DNA of 9,870 bases from Puniceicoccales bacterium. Its GTDB lineage: Bacteria > Verrucomicrobiota > Verrucomicrobiia > Opitutales > JAIRLG01. Shown here in pieces: positions 5,646 to 9,870 of this stretch. Position 1 is the stretch's first letter. Each line of letters begins with the position of its first letter. The translations under genes and the position numbers were made by a program. The stretch spans positions 1 to 9,870 of the forward strand of contig JAITRB010000014.1 of NCBI GenBank assembly GCA_031288595.1. The letters run 5' to 3'. Below the pieces are notes generated by a model. That model made no database searches. It saw only the letters and a list, made by a program, of their open reading frames with translations, and was not told where the DNA came from.

Positions 5646-7184
5646 ATGAGCGATTCTTCCTCAAAGCCCCGCCATGCCATCGCGCCGACACGGGCGGAGG
5701 ACTATCCGGAGTGGTACCAGCAGGTCATTCGGGCGGCAGATTTGGCCGAGCTGAGTCCGGTGCGTGGCTGCATGGTCATCAAGCCCTGGGGCTATGCCAT
5801 TTGGGAACGGATGCAGGCAATTCTTGACGGGAAGTTCAAGGCAATGGGGCATAAGAATGCCTATTTCCCGCTCTTCATCCCATTGCGCTACTTTCAAAAG
5901 GAGGCGGAGCACATCAGCGGTTTCGCCAAGGAGTGCGCCGTCGTGACCCACAGCCGCCTCGAGGCAGGAGAGCAGGGACAGCTGCAGCCAGCCTCGCCAC
6001 TCGAGGAACCCCTCATCGTACGTCCGACCTCGGAGACGATTATCGGCGAGATGTTTGCCCAGTGGATCCATTCCTACCGTGACCTACCGCTGAAGATCAA
6101 CCAATGGGCCAATATCGTGCGCTGGGAAATGCGTACGCGGCTCTTTCTCCGGACAAGCGAATTCCTTTGGCAGGAAGGCCACACGGCACACCGCACGGCG
6201 GCGGAGGCGCAGGAGGAAACCGCCCGTATGCTGGAGGTCTATCGACAGTTTGCCGAGGAGGACATGGCGATGCCGGTCATCTGCGGAGAGAAATCTCCTC
6301 GCGAACGCTTCCCAGGTGCGGTGCAGACCTTTTGCATCGAGGCGATGATGCAGGATCGCAAGGCCTTACAGGCTGGCACCTCGCACTTTTTAGGTCAGAA
6401 TTTCGCCCGTTCGAGCCACATCGCCTTCACCGATGAGAGTGGACAGACAAAGCTGGCCTGGACTACTTCTTGGGGTGTCAGCACGCGGCTCATCGGCGCG
6501 CTCATCATGGCGCACTCTGACGACGACGGCCTCGTCCTGCCACCGCAGCTGGCACCGACACAGGTCATCATTTTGCCGGTAATTCATAGCGATGCTTCCC
6601 GTGCGCCGATACTCGAGTATGCCGAAAGATTGCAGCAGGACTTGCAGCAGAAGCATTTTCGTTCCTCGCCCCTGCGCGTCGAAGTCGATAAGCGGGAACT
6701 GCGCGGCGGGGAGAAAAACTGGGAATGGATCAAAAAGGGCGTCCCCCTGCGCGTCGAAGTTGGAGCACGGGATAGGAGCAATGAGGAGCTCACCTTTTAT
6801 CGCCGCGACCGGGAGACGAAGGCCCGTCAATCGCTGAAACGGGAGATCTTTATTCCCAAAGCAGCGGAAGAATTGGAAGAAATTCAAGATCAGCTCTTGC
6901 GTCGGGCCCAGATTTTTCGTGACCAGCATCTGCTTAAAATCGACAGTCGCGAGACTTTTTACGAGTTCTTCGCTCCCCAGAACCGCGAGAAACCGGAAAT
7001 TCATGGTGGGTTCGCCTGCACCCACTGGAATGGCTCTTCTGCGCTGGAAGAACAGTTACAGCGGGATTTGGGTGTGACCCTCCGCTGCATTCCATTGGGG
7101 GAATCAGGCGAAGAGGAGAAAGGTATCTGTCCTTTTTCCGGAGAGCCGAGTCCTCGCCGTGTCATCTTCGCCAAGGCCTACTGA
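5646..7184 (+). CDS. proS: Proline--tRNA ligase, archaeal/eukaryote-like (T. thermophilus-type) class II form
   Basis: N-terminus ...EDYPEWYQQVIRAADLAE, class II motifs (RPTSET, FLRTSEFLWQEGHT, GTSHFLGQNF), no bacterial-type INS editing domain, and a C-terminal Cys-containing extension ending in the characteristic terminal Tyr (...FAKAY). Starts 8 nt after the valS stop. Confidence 0.96.
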   Translation: MSDSSSKPRHAIAPTRAEDYPEWYQQVIRAADLAELSPVRGCMVIKPWGYAIWERMQAILDGKFKAMGHKNAYFPLFIPLRYFQKEAEHISGFAKECAVVTHSRLEAGEQGQLQPASPLEEPLIVRPTSETIIGEMFAQWIHSYRDLPLKINQWANIVRWEMRTRLFLRTSEFLWQEGHTAHRTAAEAQEETARMLEVYRQFAEEDMAMPVICGEKSPRERFPGAVQTFCIEAMMQDRKALQAGTSHFLGQNFARSSHIAFTDESGQTKLAWTTSWGVSTRLIGALIMAHSDDDGLVLPPQLAPTQVIILPVIHSDASRAPILEYAERLQQDLQQKHFRSSPLRVEVDKRELRGGEKNWEWIKKGVPLRVEVGARDRSNEELTFYRRDRETKARQSLKREIFIPKAAEELEEIQDQLLRRAQIFRDQHLLKIDSRETFYEFFAPQNREKPEIHGGFACTHWNGSSALEEQLQRDLGVTLRCIPLGESGEEEKGICPFSGEPSPRRVIFAKAY

Positions 7185-7287
7185 GCCCCCTTTCTCCCAT
7201 TGTTGCGGGAGAGCATCCTCCGGAATTTGAGGGAAATTTGCTATCGCCTGGGATTGCTGAACGAGACGTGCAGCGCGTGGAATGTCC

Positions 7288-8349
7288 TCAGGCAGAGGGG
7301 ATGGGCGAGGTGCGGATACGAATAATTTCTCTTCGAGAAGATACCTCTAGATCGAGATTGTCTCCCACGTGGGCGAGAAAAATGGCGATGGCCAGGTCTT
7401 CCATGCTGGAGAGGATTTTGTCATTAATGCGCAAAAGCTCATCGCCTACTTGTAGACCGGCCTTTTCCGCTGGGGAATCCTTGTTGACCTGAATGACGCT
7501 CAGCCGATAGCTCCCATTGGGCCGAAGTTCCTGGCTGGCCGAGAATCCGAGGCTAACATGGGAAACGCTACCAGTCCGAAGGAGTTCGTCGACAACCCTG
7601 CGAACGGCGAATGCTGGCAGGATGAAGCTGGAGTGGATGTCCGGCAGAGCGGCGATCAGGATACCGATAAAATTTCCCTGGATGTCGAATACGGGCGAGC
7701 CGCTCTCGCCACCGTCCATCGCCAGGCTGGAACGCCAATAGGGAACGATGAACTTGTGCTCACCGTAGAGGAGATGCCGGCCGCTAATCAGTCCCTGATT
7801 GGGACCTGGGGCCATCCCCAGTTTGCTGCCGATGGAGATGAGGGCCGAACCGATGCGCACTTCCTTTTCCGTAGCATTCTTGAGGGGAATAGAGGTGAAT
7901 CGTTCCGGTCGCTTCAACAGGTGGAGCAGGGCGAGATTGGTCTCAGGGTCGCTCCCTATCTTTTCGGCGGCGAAGGACTCGTCTCCTCTCTCGACCCATA
8001 TTTTTTCCGCCGAGGCTACGACACTGGCCGCGACCACCACATGGGCTTGCTCATCGATAAAAAAACCACTTCCCTCTAAGATCTGAGCACTGTCAGACTT
8101 GGTGTCGGTCCATCCAAGCACCTGCACGACGGCGGAGCGGTTGTTTTCAAAAATGGCCACAGCCGGCTCTTCCTGTTGTGTGATGGAAATCTTCGGAGGG
8201 ACTCCTTCCGATGCACCGGATGAGAGCGCTGTGGGCAATGCCTTCTCTTCCGCCGAGGAACAGCAAACCCCCAGGATAAAAGCCCCTAGAACGCGGAGCC
8301 TTCGGAGGAAATCGTGCGGGGAGAAACTATGAGGCGTAAGGGCAAGCAC
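7288..8349 (-). CDS. HtrA/DegS-like trypsin-fold protein with one C-terminal PDZ domain and an N-terminal signal/anchor. The catalytic triad appears degenerate.
   Basis: Matches to HtrA motifs: GSGFFID, DPETNLALLHL (vs DxxxDLAVLKI), GESGSPVF (vs GNSGGPL). PDZ block: SVIQVNKDSPAEKAGLQVGDELLRINDKIL. Hydrophobic N-terminus LRVLGAFILGVCCSS. GTG start 3 nt after the upstream stop; TGA stop at 7288-7290. Confidence 0.85.
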   Translation of the reverse strand: MLALTPHSFSPHDFLRRLRVLGAFILGVCCSSAEEKALPTALSSGASEGVPPKISITQQEEPAVAIFENNRSAVVQVLGWTDTKSDSAQILEGSGFFIDEQAHVVVAASVVASAEKIWVERGDESFAAEKIGSDPETNLALLHLLKRPERFTSIPLKNATEKEVRIGSALISIGSKLGMAPGPNQGLISGRHLLYGEHKFIVPYWRSSLAMDGGESGSPVFDIQGNFIGILIAALPDIHSSFILPAFAVRRVVDELLRTGSVSHVSLGFSASQELRPNGSYRLSVIQVNKDSPAEKAGLQVGDELLRINDKILSSMEDLAIAIFLAHVGDNLDLEVSSRREIIRIRTSPIPSA

Positions 8350-8352
8350 GCA

Positions 8353-8847
8353 CTAGAAACAGGTGACCGAAGAGGTAGGTCTGAGACCAAGGCTTGGCGA
8401 GTGGCCGGGTAGGCAGTCACAGACGAAGCGCGAAGACCGCCTGTTCGGACTCAGGATGTCCCTCCTGAGCGAACGCAGGGGCGGCATGGGGTCCCGAACA
8501 TACTCTCGGGACAGACAATGGGCCGGCCTATCCCCTCTGGAAGAGGGGCTAAAGGAGCCCTGAATCAGTGGCGAGTTGGAAGAAAAATTGAAGACGACGA
8601 GGGCCAATCCTAGCGCCGCGAGCGAGAGGACGGCAAGCCCTTGTTTCCAGTGATAAAACTTCTCCCGCAACGTCTGCACCGGAGCGGGCCGGGCGCAGAG
8701 CTCCTGCACGCATTTTCGCTCCAGGCTCGCCTCGAAGCGATTCCAGAAGTCCTGCGATGGCTTTTCGGCAGCTTTCAGTTTTAACAATTGCGACAGGCGC
8801 TCATCGGTCATGGGCCTCGTTCGTCGTTGGCACTGATTCTCTCTCAT
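8353..8847 (-). CDS. Putative single-pass anti-sigma factor cognate to the upstream ECF sigma factor
   Basis: Lies between the ECF sigma and the HtrA-like gene with 3-nt gaps on both sides. Short N-terminal cytoplasmic segment, one predicted TM helix (GLAVLSLAALGLALVVF), and a ~75-aa extracytoplasmic tail. No HxxxCxxC zinc motif. An alternative start at Met13 (8811) is preceded by GAGG. The function is inferred from context only. Confidence 0.6.
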   Translation of the reverse strand: MRENQCQRRTRPMTDERLSQLLKLKAAEKPSQDFWNRFEASLERKCVQELCARPAPVQTLREKFYHWKQGLAVLSLAALGLALVVFNFSSNSPLIQGSFSPSSRGDRPAHCLSREYVRDPMPPLRSLRRDILSPNRRSSRFVCDCLPGHSPSLGLRPTSSVTCF

Positions 8848-8850
8848 TTT

Positions 8851-9480
8851 CTAGGCGTATTCCTTTAAAAATTCCTTCAACTGTTCCTTGGCGTAGTGCA
8901 GGCGAGAGCGAACGGTTCCTTCGGAACATTTCAGCACCGCCGCGATTTCCGCGTGGCTCAGGTTCTCGATTTCGTAGAGAACAACGACCATTCGGTGCTT
9001 GTCGGAAAGACGCTGCAGTGCCTCATTGAGCTTTTCCTGAAGTTCTCCGAGATAGGCACTTTTGTCCGAAGTATCCGCCGTCGAGACGGTGCGCCAGAAG
9101 CTTCCCCCGATGCCCTGTTCATCGATGGCCTGAACGCTGAAGAACTGCCGGCGCTTGTTCCTGCGGACGTGCTCCAGAGTTTTGTTGACCCCGATGCGGT
9201 AAAGCCAGCTGAAGAAGCTGGATTTCCCCTTGAAAGAGTGGATGCAGCGGAAGGCCTGGATGAAAATGTCCTGCGTCAGGTCAGCTGCGTCGGCCGCATG
9301 GGAGATCATGTGATAGACTAGGCCGTAGAGGCGCTCGCGGTAGCGGCGGACCAGGAGGTCGAACGCGCAGCGATCCCCTTCCCGTACCCGGACGACCAGA
9401 GCCCACTCCTCATCCCGAAGAGCCTCTCTTTCCCCTAGCCCTTCTTGGGGAATGCCGATGGACTTCGATGCGAAGGACAT
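8851..9480 (-). CDS. ECF (group 4, RpoE-like) RNA polymerase sigma-70 family factor
   Basis: Region 2: FDLLVRRYRERLYGLVYHM...DAADLTQDIFIQAF...FFSWLYRIGVN. Region 4 helix-turn-helix: VVVLYEIENLSHAEIAAVLKCSEGTVRSRLHYAKEQL. Length (209 aa) is typical for the family. Confidence 0.93.
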   Translation of the reverse strand: MSFASKSIGIPQEGLGEREALRDEEWALVVRVREGDRCAFDLLVRRYRERLYGLVYHMISHAADAADLTQDIFIQAFRCIHSFKGKSSFFSWLYRIGVNKTLEHVRRNKRRQFFSVQAIDEQGIGGSFWRTVSTADTSDKSAYLGELQEKLNEALQRLSDKHRMVVVLYEIENLSHAEIAAVLKCSEGTVRSRLHYAKEQLKEFLKEYA

Positions 9481-9544
9481 GGGGAAAACCCTAGTGGCCT
9501 TTCGCCGGCATTCAAGTTTAAAACGGAAGTCATCCGCTGCTGGA

Positions 9545-9573
9545 TTGACAGGAGCTTGCCGGGTATTTAGCGT
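9545..9573 (+). promoter_or_regulatory. Candidate sigma-70-type promoter for gpsA (TTGACA-N17-TAGCGT)
   Basis: Perfect -35 TTGACA at 9545-9550, 17-nt spacer, then a TAnnnT hexamer at 9568-9573. The gpsA ATG follows only 14 nt later with no SD, implying a very short leader. Sequence match only. Confidence 0.3.
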
Positions 9574-9587
9574 TGCCTCCCGCTTTT

Positions 9588-9870
9588 ATGAAGATTGCCA
9601 TCGTCGGAGCCGGGGCCTGGGGAACTGCGGTGGGGATTTTGTGCGCCAGGGCGAAGCACAGGGTCACCTTTATCACGCAGTTCGCGGAGCAGGCCGTTAT
9701 GCTGAAGAAGCTGGGGGAGAATGCGGAATTTTTAGCCGGTGTTCCCGTTCCACCGGAAATTGAAGCCACGGCCGATTACAGCGCACTGTCGGAGCAGGAA
9801 TGTATCTTTTTTGCCTGCCCGTCTAAGGTACTGCCAGAGGTCTGTCAGCGAGTCAGCGCCTGTTCCTTGG
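9588..9870 (+). CDS. gpsA: NAD(P)H-dependent glycerol-3-phosphate dehydrogenase, 5' part (runs off the right window edge)
   Basis: My translation of frame 3 from the ATG at 9588 gives MKIAIVGAGAWGTAVGILCARAKHRVTFITQFAEQAVMLKKLGENAEFLAGVPVPPEIEAT... This shows the Rossmann GxGxxG and the GpsA-typical ENxxFLxGxxLP block. It is absent from the ORF track because it has no stop inside the window. Confidence 0.88.
   Translation, partial: MKIAIVGAGAWGTAVGILCARAKHRVTFITQFAEQAVMLKKLGENAEFLAGVPVPPEIEATADYSALSEQECIFFACPSKVLPEVCQRVSACSL

Noticed and set aside
7185-7287. Intrinsic terminators in the convergent proS / HtrA-like spacer, for example TCTCCC-N8-GGGAGA at 7193-7212.
   Set aside because: The stems are only 5-6 bp with no flanking U/A tract on either strand. 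This is too weak to annotate as a terminator.
9492-9519. Possible autoregulated ECF promoter upstream of the sigma gene on the - strand (AAACTT-N16-CCACTA).
   Set aside because: It only loosely resembles GGAACTT-N16-TCTGA-type ECF promoters. The consensus for this sigma group is unknown, so the match is not better than chance.

Overview
This window is mostly an ordinary core-genome neighbourhood from a moderately GC-rich bacterium. I cannot assign a taxon from sequence alone. On the + strand: the GTPase obg (1422-2408), a tightly spaced valS-proS pair (2704-5637 and 5646-7184), and the 5' end of gpsA (9588 to the window edge). On the - strand: a compact three-gene envelope-stress-type operon, ECF sigma factor (9480-8851), single-pass anti-sigma-like protein (8847-8353) and an HtrA/DegS-like PDZ protein (8349-7288). 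I found no tRNA, rRNA, CRISPR array, transposase or integrase. Four things are not explained by routine annotation. (1) The first ~1.4 kb is strongly strand-asymmetric: about 13% C by hand count, with G roughly three times C. The asymmetry ends within a few tens of nt of the obg start. The block holds an orphan ORF with a strong frame-specific stop-codon pattern, an in-frame TGA after which the coding periodicity continues, and ~660 bp with no convincing gene. (2) The obg-valS spacer contains a 99-nt element of perfect nested helices forming a four-way junction, with a GNRA (GUGA) tetraloop only on the + strand. (3) The HtrA-like protein appears to have lost two of its three catalytic residues (His to Ser, Asp to Asn). 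(4) ValRS carries two purine-rich, rare-codon in-frame insertions. All functional calls rest on motifs recognised by eye. No database search was run.
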